Assembly: GCA_016204035.1 (NCBI GenBank)
Contig: JACQLN010000022.1
Coordinates: 1 to 49,631 of the forward strand
DNA from: Parcubacteria group bacterium
Lineage (GTDB): Bacteria > Patescibacteriota > Minisyncoccia > JACQLN01
Direction of reading: 5' to 3'
Length of the DNA stretch: 49,631 nucleotides
Part shown: piece after piece, positions 34,172 to 42,734 of the stretch
How the letters are laid out: each line of letters opens with the position of its first letter
Numbering within the stretch: position 1 is the first letter of the stretch
Made by a program: the position numbers and the translations under genes
The notes under the pieces: model-generated
Databases searched by the model: none
The model's input: only the letters and a program-made list of their open reading frames with translations
Told to the model about the DNA's origin: nothing

Positions 34172-34702
34172 ATGCCTTATAGGGAATCAATCACCAAATT
34201 CATCTTAAAAAAATTGGCCGAGATAGGAGAGACAAGTCTGGAAAACATTTTCCCTCGCAACCGCGCCGAGAGCCTGGTTTGGCGGCAAATGCTGGGCTTG
34301 CCAGCAGGATATGAATTTTCAAAACCTACCTTTCTAACATTGCTTCATCGCCTCAAAAAAGAAGGCTTAGTGGATAAAAGCGGCAAAGGCAAAAACTCAA
34401 AGTGGTTAGTTACCATCCTCGGTCAACGCAAAGTAAAATACTACCAAAACTCAATAATGATAATCGCTAAAGATAATATTCCCCGACTGGTTATATATGA
34501 TATTCCAGAATCACAAAGGAAAAAACGAGATTGGATTAGATATGAATTAGCGGCCGCCGGGTATGAACAACTACAAAAAAGTGTCTGGCTGGGTTATTCT
34601 CCTTTGCCTGAAGAATTTGTAAAATCCATCAAAGATTTTGGGGTTGAAGACAAAGTTCATATCGTAAGTGTAAATAAAAAAGGGACGCTTCATAAATTAT
34701 AG
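34172..34702 (+). CDS. PaaX-like wHTH regulator with Cas2-fold-like C-terminal domain
   Basis: N-terminal wHTH-like LLHRLKKEGLV. The C-terminal RLVIYDIPESQRKKRDWIRYELAAAGYEQLQKSVWL resembles the PaaX/Cas2-like core. Confidence 0.5.
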   Translation: MPYRESITKFILKKLAEIGETSLENIFPRNRAESLVWRQMLGLPAGYEFSKPTFLTLLHRLKKEGLVDKSGKGKNSKWLVTILGQRKVKYYQNSIMIIAKDNIPRLVIYDIPESQRKKRDWIRYELAAAGYEQLQKSVWLGYSPLPEEFVKSIKDFGVEDKVHIVSVNKKGTLHKL

Positions 34703-34723
34703 ATAACTCAAAACTTTTCATTA

Positions 34724-34763
34724 TTATAACATTTATCTTACGATCGTAGGTTATTTGTTATAA
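34724..34763. promoter_or_regulatory. second 40-bp composite palindrome TTATAACA-N8-ACGATCGT-N7-TTGTTATAA
   Basis: Same architecture as 34122..34161, located 22 nt after the stop. Three direct TATAACAA copies follow at 34796, 34808 and 34820. Confidence 0.5.
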
Positions 34764-34884
34764 ATATAGATAAAAATATAAATACGGAAAAACTGTATAA
34801 CAAACTGTATAACAATATATATAACAATATGTACGGATAGCACAGATATTTCAGATACGAAAAATGACTCAAATGTTCGCTTTC

Positions 34885-34914
34885 TTGATAATAAGGTGTG
34901 GAAAAGGTTATAAT
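34885..34914 (+). promoter_or_regulatory. promoter TTGATA-18-TATAAT, 10 nt upstream of the aspS ATG
   Basis: -35 at 34885..34890, -10 at 34909..34914, ATG at 34925. Confidence 0.5.
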
Positions 34915-34924
34915 ATAGATAAAT

Positions 34925-36409
34925 ATGGAACGAATTTTAACGGCCCAAACCTCTCAAAAAAAAGGGGAAATGGTTAAAGTTTGCGGCTGGGTTGAAGCCC
35001 GCCGAGACCATGGCAAGCTTATTTTTATTGATCTTAAGGATAGGAGTGGTGTTTTACAATGCGTTTTTACGCCCGGCGATGCCGAGCTTCATAAACTGGG
35101 CGACACTCTAAGATCAAGCTGGGTGGTGGAAATAAACGGCCAAATCGCGTCGAGACCCGTGGGCATGGTTAACGCGGAAATACCGACGGGAGAAGTTGAA
35201 CTTCAGGTTTCAGAACTTAAAATTCTTAACGAATCCCAAACGCCGCCTTTCGCGCTGGATACCAATGGCCTGGAAATAGGCGAGGATTTAAGAATGAAAT
35301 ACCGCTATCTGGACTTGCGCCGCAACCGTTTGCAAAAAAACATAAGAACCCGCCATCAAATAATCCAGTTTATCCGCAATTGGCTCGCTGAAAAAGATTT
35401 TGTGGAAATAGAAACGCCGATATTAACCAAATCCACACCCGAGGGCGCGCGCGATTATGTGGTGCCCTCGCGGCTTCAACATGGTAAATTTTACGCCCTG
35501 CCCCAAGCTCCCCAGCAATACAAACAGTTGCTGATGGTGGCCGGATTTGAAAAATATTTTCAAATCGCCCGGTGTTTTAGAGACGAAGACACCCGAGGCG
35601 ACCGCCAACCGGAATTCACCCAGCTGGATTTGGAAATGTCTTTTGTTAAAAGAGAAGACGTCATGGCTCTAAATGAACGTCTTTTAATTGATTTAACTGA
35701 AAAAATATTCCCTCAAAAAAAGATACAGGAAATTCCTTTTCCCAGAATATCTTACCAAGAAGTAATGGAAAAATACGGCACCGACCGACCCGATCTAAGA
35801 ACAGATAAAAATGATCCCAATCTTTTAGCTTTCGGCTGGGTAATAGATTTTCCGTTCTTTGAAAAAACTAGAGGAAGTTCCTCGTCAAACTCGGAATCTT
35901 CAGATCCTTCGCCAAGCTCAGGATCTTCGACCTGGACTTTTACGCACAATCCTTTTTCCCGACCACGCGATGAACATATGGACTGGCTGATGAATAAAGA
36001 AAAAATAGGCGAAATATTAACCACCCAGTACGACGTGGTCCTTAACGGTTTCGAAATCGGCGGCGGCAGTATCCGCAACCATCAAGCCAAACCCTTAAAA
36101 AAGGTTTTTGAGATTATGGGTTTTGATGAAAAAAGAATCACCGATAATTTCGGCCACATGCTGGCCGCTTTAGCCAGCGGCGCCCCACCCCATGGCGGCA
36201 TTGCTTGGGGCTTGGACCGGCTAATAAGTATTTTAATGGGCGAACCCAATATTCGCGAGGTGTTTTCTTTTCCCAAAACCGGCGACGGGCGCGACCTGAT
36301 GATGAACGCGCCGTCAGAAATTAGTAAAGAGCAATTGGATGAACTGGGGTTAGAGGTTAAATATGCGAATAACGAATTCACCCGAATATTACGAAAAAAG
36401 AATTCGTAA
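34925..36409 (+). CDS. aspS: aspartate--tRNA ligase (short form lacking the GAD insertion domain)
   Basis: OB-fold N-terminus, motif 2 FQIARCFRDED and motif 3 GGIAWGLDRL. A Ser-rich linker sits where bacterial AspRS carries the GAD domain. Confidence 0.9.
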   Translation: MERILTAQTSQKKGEMVKVCGWVEARRDHGKLIFIDLKDRSGVLQCVFTPGDAELHKLGDTLRSSWVVEINGQIASRPVGMVNAEIPTGEVELQVSELKILNESQTPPFALDTNGLEIGEDLRMKYRYLDLRRNRLQKNIRTRHQIIQFIRNWLAEKDFVEIETPILTKSTPEGARDYVVPSRLQHGKFYALPQAPQQYKQLLMVAGFEKYFQIARCFRDEDTRGDRQPEFTQLDLEMSFVKREDVMALNERLLIDLTEKIFPQKKIQEIPFPRISYQEVMEKYGTDRPDLRTDKNDPNLLAFGWVIDFPFFEKTRGSSSSNSESSDPSPSSGSSTWTFTHNPFSRPRDEHMDWLMNKEKIGEILTTQYDVVLNGFEIGGGSIRNHQAKPLKKVFEIMGFDEKRITDNFGHMLAALASGAPPHGGIAWGLDRLISILMGEPNIREVFSFPKTGDGRDLMMNAPSEISKEQLDELGLEVKYANNEFTRILRKKNS

Positions 36410-36441
36410 TATTAGAACTAATTCGCCATTCGCATATAAAT

Positions 36442-36534
36442 ATGTACAATGTTAAATTAGATCATTTTGAGGGCCCGCTGGATTTATTGCATCAACTGAT
36501 AGAATCCAAAAAACTGGAGATAACTGAAATATAA
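36442..36534 (+). pseudogene. truncated duplicate of the scpA 5' end (30 codons then a stop)
   Basis: MYNVKLDHFEGPLDLLHQLIESKKLEITEI*. The 48-nt core 36466..36513 is identical to 39237..39284. Confidence 0.7.
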
Positions 36535-36571
36535 AATTCTAAAGGTCACTCTTTTAGAGATTCAAGTAATT

Positions 36572-36925
36572 ATGGAAATCATCAATTTTATTTTAGGTAT
36601 TGTTCAAATAATTACATCAATTATTAGCTGGCCATTTAAGAAACTAAAATCAGCCATGAAGATTGAAAATATAAATATTAAACAAGTAGGCAACCAACTT
36701 GATGGTGTTAAAGGATTGGATGTCGACTTAGAAAATGGCGAAAAGATGAAACTCAAAAATATTAATATAGAACAGCGGACGGATTCTATGAAGAGTAGTT
36801 TCGGTATGAAAATCAAAGTATCAGGCAAACAAGAAGCAGAATTAGAAAATATAAATATCGAAACTCCCATTGGGACAGTAAAAGTTTCAAAGGGGGTTAC
36901 GATTAACAAACAACCGGAAAAGTAA
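36572..36925 (+). CDS. hypothetical protein with ENINI repeats
   Basis: 117 aa with an N-terminal hydrophobic segment and three copies of the (E/K)NINI(K/E)(Q/T) motif. Confidence 0.4.
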   Translation: MEIINFILGIVQIITSIISWPFKKLKSAMKIENINIKQVGNQLDGVKGLDVDLENGEKMKLKNINIEQRTDSMKSSFGMKIKVSGKQEAELENINIETPIGTVKVSKGVTINKQPEK

Positions 36926-36935
36926 AAAAAGTACT

Positions 36936-39191
36936 ATGAAAAAATATCTCAGAATAGTCATTTCATTACTAATCATAGTAACTGGTTTAGTTTTTGTTCA
37001 AGTTACTCAGGCACAAACCGAGTGTACCCCTTTTATATATTCGGAGTGGAGTGCTTGCTCCGTTGATGCAAAACAGACGAGAACGGTATTATCGTCAGGT
37101 CCAGAGACTTGCACTGGGGGTGATCCGGTTATCAGTCAGACCTGCAAACGACCACCACCAAAAATAACCTCGATATCTCCGAGTGCTACTAATCGCAATG
37201 AAATTGTTGAGGTAATTGGTGAGAATTTTGGAGCCACTAAAGGATCATCAAGAGTGTTTGGCCCCGGTAATCGTGAACAAACAACAGGTACATGGGCGGA
37301 TACAAAAATTTCAGTCAATCCCAACAACTTTGAGGACCCGAGGGGGTTTTATCTCATGGTGGAAAGATCGCATGAATCGGAAACTTCCCCGGTTAAGAGT
37401 AATGTCTTTTCTCTTAAAATACTTCCGTGGGGTCCTCCCAAAATAACCAGTATAACGCGAAAGGTAGTTACATCGCAGGGAACTGAGGCATGGATCCACG
37501 GAGAAAATTTTGGTATGCCAAATAATCCAGATGTTTCGGTAAGTAACGCTCAAGTTTACGAAACAAATGGCACTAGTCATAAAATAGTACTTAGAGAGCA
37601 TGACGTGATCAGGGTTCTTGTTAATCTCGACGATTTGAAAAGACCAAATGGTAGAACATCTTTTTATGTAAAAGTTAAATGTCTTGACGATGAATGTTTT
37701 GGTGCCGTAGATGGACCTGATGGCAAGGACTATGTAAGTAATTCATTCTTTGTTGATGTCGCCAGTACTCCACCACCCTGTGCCACAGACACTTGGTCAT
37801 GCGGAGATTGGAATACTTGCTCAATTTCTGGTTCACAAACCAGGACATGCAACAAAACTTTTGATTGTCCGTCTGTCGATACGACATCACCAGTAACTTC
37901 ACAAAGTTGCACACCACCCTCTCCCTCCTGTACGACTGATACATGGGATTGTAATGAATGGAGTGTTTGCTCTGCGAATGGAAATCAAAGCAGGGCCTGT
38001 ACAAAAACTTTTGATTGCCAAACTGTCAATACTCCTTCACCCGCAATATCCCAAAGCTGTACGCCACCACCTGTGTATCAACCACCACAGCCAACTTGCG
38101 ATGCTGACACATGGACTTGTGGCGATTGGAATTCTTGCTCACTTTCCGGAGTGCAAAGTAGGAGTTGCAGGAAAACTTTTGACTGCGCCAATGTAGAAAC
38201 GGCACCGCCGTCAACCGATCAGTATTGCGAGGCGCCGAATAGACCCGCACAACAGATACCGCAAAATAGTTCTGATGAAATCTCAAATCAAGATGCCATA
38301 ATCAAATCAACGGTTAAGCTTTTGTGTCCCGTTGATGCACAAAGAGCCAGTCAGGGCTCTGGTACGATTATTGATTCTAACGGGACTATTTTAACTAACA
38401 AGCATGTTATTGCAGGTACTTTAGGTTGCTTGGTTGGATTTATAAATGATTTTAATGATGAGCCATATTTTGGAGACAGACATATAGCTGATATTACAAA
38501 AATCTCACCTAATCAAGATATTGCCATTCTAAAAATCAGAAATCCTCAAAATAAAAATCTGACAAGCGTTAATATAACAAAAGGCAGTAGTAATCTTCGC
38601 TTAGGTACTAAGGTTACTACATACGGCTTCCCTGCGAAATTTGGCACGAAAGTTACATACACAAGCGGAGATTTTAGTGGTACTGATGGAAGTTACATCA
38701 AGACAACTGCCATATTGGAGTATGGAAATTCTGGCGGAGGAGCATATCTTAAAGACGGAACATTTATAGGTATACCTTCCGCGGTGGTTAAGGGCGAGTT
38801 AAACGCACTTGGGTATATATTATCTATCAATACAATCAATTCTTGGTTGGGTAATTCCAGCACTGCTTATGGCGGCACGAGCAATAATAATTATTCAAGG
38901 GTTTCTGTTTTGGAAGATATAGATCTCAAAAAACTTGGCTCTCTAAAATTATTCATTCCTGATACAGATACCAAGGGCAACCTTGCAACCCCAACAACAA
39001 GTCAAAATACGCAAAAGACCACAAACCAACCAAAAATTAACCAAACACAAAAAGAATCGATCGTTATCGTGCCCGCTGATACAAATCAAAAAGTAAATCC
39101 AGAACGGAATAACCTAAAACAATCAGAAAGTGTGCAAAAAATAAAAGAATTACCAAAAAGATTTTATCGTTGGTTGAGAAATCTATTTTAG
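36936..39191 (+). CDS. secreted multidomain protein: Cys-rich (TSP1-like) repeats, two IPT/TIG-like domains and a C-terminal trypsin-like serine protease
   Basis: Signal/TM N-terminus, WSACS/WNTCS/WSVCS/WNSCS modules and PKITSI...GENFG twice. The protease triad candidates are TNKHVI, DIAILKI and GNSGGG. Confidence 0.7.
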   Translation: MKKYLRIVISLLIIVTGLVFVQVTQAQTECTPFIYSEWSACSVDAKQTRTVLSSGPETCTGGDPVISQTCKRPPPKITSISPSATNRNEIVEVIGENFGATKGSSRVFGPGNREQTTGTWADTKISVNPNNFEDPRGFYLMVERSHESETSPVKSNVFSLKILPWGPPKITSITRKVVTSQGTEAWIHGENFGMPNNPDVSVSNAQVYETNGTSHKIVLREHDVIRVLVNLDDLKRPNGRTSFYVKVKCLDDECFGAVDGPDGKDYVSNSFFVDVASTPPPCATDTWSCGDWNTCSISGSQTRTCNKTFDCPSVDTTSPVTSQSCTPPSPSCTTDTWDCNEWSVCSANGNQSRACTKTFDCQTVNTPSPAISQSCTPPPVYQPPQPTCDADTWTCGDWNSCSLSGVQSRSCRKTFDCANVETAPPSTDQYCEAPNRPAQQIPQNSSDEISNQDAIIKSTVKLLCPVDAQRASQGSGTIIDSNGTILTNKHVIAGTLGCLVGFINDFNDEPYFGDRHIADITKISPNQDIAILKIRNPQNKNLTSVNITKGSSNLRLGTKVTTYGFPAKFGTKVTYTSGDFSGTDGSYIKTTAILEYGNSGGGAYLKDGTFIGIPSAVVKGELNALGYILSINTINSWLGNSSTAYGGTSNNNYSRVSVLEDIDLKKLGSLKLFIPDTDTKGNLATPTTSQNTQKTTNQPKINQTQKESIVIVPADTNQKVNPERNNLKQSESVQKIKELPKRFYRWLRNLF
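37779..38228 (+). repeat. three tandem in-frame 44-aa six-Cys modules
   Basis: The C-x6-C-x5-C-x9-C-x5-C-x13-C pattern repeats at aa 282-325, 332-375 and 388-431, with Pro-rich linkers. Confidence 0.65.
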
Positions 39192-39212
39192 TCATATGAA
39201 ACTGTAAAAAAT

Positions 39213-39920
39213 ATGTACCACATCAAACTGGAAAAATTTGAGGGCCCGCTGGATTTATTGCATCAACTGATAGAATCCAAAAAATTGGAAATTACGGAAA
39301 TTTCTTTGGCCGAAGTGGCCGATCAATTTCTGGGCTACCTTAAAAATTCAAAACGTCTGGCTCTGGAAGATTTGGCCGATTTTTTGAACGTAGCCGGAAG
39401 ATTATGCTTAATAAAATCCCGGGCTTTGCTGCCATTTCTACAGTTAACCGAGGCGGAAGAAAAAGACGTCCAAAACTTAAAAGAACAGCTGGTTGAATAT
39501 CAAAAATACAAGGAACTGGCGGGGCTTTTGGGCCGGTTAGACAGAAAAGCCGACCGAATCTACGCTCGGGCTTACTTGGCCGCGCTGGAACCGATTTTTT
39601 ATTTTCCTAAAAAACTAACAGGGGAATCTTTGGCGGGTTCGCTGGAAAACTTGATTCACACCCTGACTTTGCCCCAAAGAATACCCCAAGCCCAAATGGT
39701 TTCTAAAATATCGTTGGCACAGAAACTGGAAGAAATACGAAATAAAATAAAAGAGAAAATGGAACTTAATTTTTTCCAAATAACCGACCCTAAAAACCCC
39801 GAAGAAAAAGTGGTGGCTTTTATGGCTGTGTTAGAATTATTAAAACGTTCCCAAATTTCGGCAGAACAAAAAATCAATTTTGAAGACATAAAATTAAAAT
39901 GGCTGATACAAGAGTGTTAA
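39213..39920 (+). CDS. scpA: segregation and condensation protein A
   Basis: FEGPLDLLHQLIESKKLEITEISLAEV is an ScpA N-terminus. scpB follows. Confidence 0.85.
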   Translation: MYHIKLEKFEGPLDLLHQLIESKKLEITEISLAEVADQFLGYLKNSKRLALEDLADFLNVAGRLCLIKSRALLPFLQLTEAEEKDVQNLKEQLVEYQKYKELAGLLGRLDRKADRIYARAYLAALEPIFYFPKKLTGESLAGSLENLIHTLTLPQRIPQAQMVSKISLAQKLEEIRNKIKEKMELNFFQITDPKNPEEKVVAFMAVLELLKRSQISAEQKINFEDIKLKWLIQEC

Positions 39921-40450
39921 AAAATACGGAACAGATCCTGGAAGGGATTCTTTTCGCTTACGGCGAGCCGCTAAGCTTGAAAAAACTGGCCGAGATCACT
40001 AAAAAACCGGCTTCGGAAATCAGTTTGGCTTTAACCAACCTTAAGAAAACTTTAGAATCAAGGGGTATCCGGCTTATCTTAAAAGACACCATTTGCCAGC
40101 TGGCAGCCGATAAGTCGTCTTCAAGCTATATAGAAAAGCTGGTGCAAAGCGAAATGAAAGAAGAACTGACTCCGGCCAGTTTAGAGGTGTTATCCATAAC
40201 GGCCTACCGCGGGCCGGTTTCTAAAAGCGAAATTGAAACCATAAGAGGCGTTAATTCCGGATACGCTTTAAGAAATTTAACCCTGCGCGGTTTAGTGGAA
40301 AAAAATGAAACCGTTAAACCGCATCTTTTTAATATATCGCTAGCCGCTTTAAGAAAACTGGGCTTAACCGCGGCCGAAGAACTGCCCCGTTATTTAGAAT
40401 TAAATCAGGAAATCAAAAAAACAGAAACAGTCCTGTTTGATAAACCGTAA
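39899..40450 (+). CDS. scpB: segregation and condensation protein B
   Basis: ILEGILFAYGEPL, then tandem wHTH and RGLV. Overlaps scpA by 22 nt. Confidence 0.85.
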   Translation: MADTRVLKNTEQILEGILFAYGEPLSLKKLAEITKKPASEISLALTNLKKTLESRGIRLILKDTICQLAADKSSSSYIEKLVQSEMKEELTPASLEVLSITAYRGPVSKSEIETIRGVNSGYALRNLTLRGLVEKNETVKPHLFNISLAALRKLGLTAAEELPRYLELNQEIKKTETVLFDKP

Positions 40451-40454
40451 CATT

Positions 40455-41441
40455 ATGAATTCCACCCTGGTTACCATTATTATTTCTTTCGCCGTCTTGC
40501 CTTTAGTTGTTTTATCTTACCAATTAGGCACGCCCCAAGCCCTGGGCCAATCCAGCATCGGCGAATATTTTAGCCAACCGGCTTTGGCACCGGCCCAAAA
40601 ACAAGAACCTAAAAAAGTTTTGCCTCGCCGCAATTTAGAAGTTGCGGATCTGGCTATTGATTCAACCGAAGCGCTGGCCTGGGATTTTAAGCAAAATATA
40701 ACTTTATTTTCCAAAAATTCCAATTTAACCCGACCGATCGCTTCGCTGACAAAACTGGTAACCGCGGCGGTGGCGCTGGATTACACCCAACCGCAGGAAA
40801 GTGTGGCGGTTTCATTAAGAGCGGTTAAAACCGAAGGCAATAGCGGTAATTTAAGAGAAGGCGAGATCCTTACGGTTTACGATCTTTTAGCCGCCGCGCT
40901 TTTAGAATCTTCCAACGACGCCGCTTACGCTTTAGCGGAATACACCGGCAATAAAATAGCCCCCAGCCAGGAACCGCCTATTGATCCGGTTAAGGTTTTT
41001 ATAAAATCAATGAACCAAAAATTCAACGATCTGGGTTTGGTTCACACTAATTTTGAGGATCCCAGCGGCTTGGAAGACAAAATATCTTTCAGCACAGCCG
41101 AAGATTTTTCCCAGTTTATAAAATATCTGCGCGACAACCCCAACTATCTGCCTATTTGGGAAATTCTTAAAATGCCCGGTTATCAAACAGAATCTCAAAA
41201 TAGCATCGCGGCGCACGAGTTTAAAAATACCAATCCTTTCTTGCTGGAATTTAGCGGGGTTATCGGCGGCAAAACCGGCTACACGCCCAAAGCTTTAGGT
41301 AATATGATGTTGATTATGGCCGGTCCCAACAACACCGAAATAATATATTTGGTTTTAGGTTCCGTGGATAGGTTTGGCGATATTAGAAAAGTGGTTAACT
41401 GGGTCAACCAAGCCTGGGTTTGGCCTCAGGAAAAACAATAA
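40455..41441 (+). CDS. D-alanyl-D-alanine carboxypeptidase (S11 family)
   Basis: SLTK (SxxK), SSN (SxN) and KTG motifs. ATG 40455 is preferred over TTG 40437, which overlaps scpB. Confidence 0.8.
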   Translation: MNSTLVTIIISFAVLPLVVLSYQLGTPQALGQSSIGEYFSQPALAPAQKQEPKKVLPRRNLEVADLAIDSTEALAWDFKQNITLFSKNSNLTRPIASLTKLVTAAVALDYTQPQESVAVSLRAVKTEGNSGNLREGEILTVYDLLAAALLESSNDAAYALAEYTGNKIAPSQEPPIDPVKVFIKSMNQKFNDLGLVHTNFEDPSGLEDKISFSTAEDFSQFIKYLRDNPNYLPIWEILKMPGYQTESQNSIAAHEFKNTNPFLLEFSGVIGGKTGYTPKALGNMMLIMAGPNNTEIIYLVLGSVDRFGDIRKVVNWVNQAWVWPQEKQ

Positions 41442-41572
41442 ATCTTAATAAACAGTTTAGCGTTAAGGGGTAACGAAGCCCGTATCGTCTAAAGTCAAAC
41501 GTTTAACGTAACCGCCTTACGAAATGGGCCTCGTAACCTTTAGACGTTTTGATGGTCTGGAATTTGTAAATT

Positions 41573-42619
41573 ATGGACGAAACAACTTTTCAAATAGTGC
41601 GCATATTAACTTTATCTTTCGGCGCTTTTGCTTTGTCTATTTTCCTTACGCCTTGGTGGACCAACATACTCTATAAATACCGCCTAGGCAAACAAATACG
41701 CACCGAGGGCGCGCCGGTGTTCACTGCTTTGCATAAAGGCAAAGAAGGCACGCCGACCATGGGCGGGGTAATAATCTGGCTAACTTTATTGGTATTGATT
41801 TTGGCTTTGGCTTTAGCCGAAAAATTCCTGCCGGGCAGTTTTGCGGCTAAATTTAATTTTCTTTCCCGGGCGCAAACTTTGTTGCCGCTGGGCGTGCTTA
41901 TGCTTTCAGCCGTTATTGGATTGGGCGACGACCTTTTGGGGGTTTTTAGAATCGGCCCCAAAGGCGGCGGACTTAAAATGAGGCACCGCTTGATACTTTA
42001 TACCGCCGTGGCTATAGTGGGCGCCTTATGGTTTTATTACAAATTGGATTGGACAGTTGTGAAAGTACCTTTTTTGGGCATATTTGATATTAACGGCTGG
42101 TACATACCTTTTGCCATATTTATAATTGTGGCCACTTCTTTTTCGGTCAACGAATCCGACGGTTTGGACGGCCTGGCCGGCGGTTTAATGTTAACCGCTT
42201 TTGCCGGCTACGGCCTGGTGGCTTTTTTTGAGGCCAGATACGATCTCGCCGTTTTTTGCGCCGTAATTGCCGGGGCTTTGCTTTCTTTTTTATGGTTTAA
42301 CATCCACCCGGCCAGATTTTTTATGGGCGACACCGGAGCCATGCCGCTAGGCGTAACTTTAGCCGTTATCGCCCTGTTAACCAATGCCGCTTTGGTCTTG
42401 CCGCTTTTAGCTTTTGTGCCTATGGTGGAATCCGCTTCGGTGATTATACAAGTGTTAAGCAAGAAATTGCGCCGCGGCAAAAAAATTTTTCTTTCCTCTC
42501 CCATTCATCACCATTTTCAGGCCAGGGGCTGGCCCGAAACCAAAGTTACCGAAAGATTTTGGATTATTTCCAGCGTTATGGCCGCTTTAGGCATTATTGT
42601 TCAACTTTTAGGCCGATAA
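41573..42619 (+). CDS. mraY: phospho-N-acetylmuramoyl-pentapeptide transferase
   Basis: GKEGTPTMGG, NESDGLDGLA and MGDTGA motifs. Confidence 0.9.
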   Translation: MDETTFQIVRILTLSFGAFALSIFLTPWWTNILYKYRLGKQIRTEGAPVFTALHKGKEGTPTMGGVIIWLTLLVLILALALAEKFLPGSFAAKFNFLSRAQTLLPLGVLMLSAVIGLGDDLLGVFRIGPKGGGLKMRHRLILYTAVAIVGALWFYYKLDWTVVKVPFLGIFDINGWYIPFAIFIIVATSFSVNESDGLDGLAGGLMLTAFAGYGLVAFFEARYDLAVFCAVIAGALLSFLWFNIHPARFFMGDTGAMPLGVTLAVIALLTNAALVLPLLAFVPMVESASVIIQVLSKKLRRGKKIFLSSPIHHHFQARGWPETKVTERFWIISSVMAALGIIVQLLGR

Positions 42620-42625
42620 CTCAAC

Positions 42626-42671
42626 GGCTCAACGCTGTTGAGCCGTTTCTATAGAGGCGAAACCTCTATAG
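42626..42671 (+). terminator. two consecutive hairpins after mraY
   Basis: GGCTCAAC-GCT-GTTGAGCC (the same stem as 9340..9358), then CTATAGAGG-CGAAA-CCTCTATAG. Confidence 0.5.
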
Positions 42672-42734
42672 AACAGGGTATCCTGAATTTACGATCGTAA
42701 GATTGAGTATAAAATATATGGTAAAATTATATCA

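Noticed and set aside
34790-34830. Short direct repeats (CTGTATAACAA x2, TATAACAAT x2), considered as a possible CRISPR or iteron array.
   Set aside because: The units are only 8-12 nt with no spacers of CRISPR size. They are better explained as half-sites related to the TTATAACAA palindrome arms.
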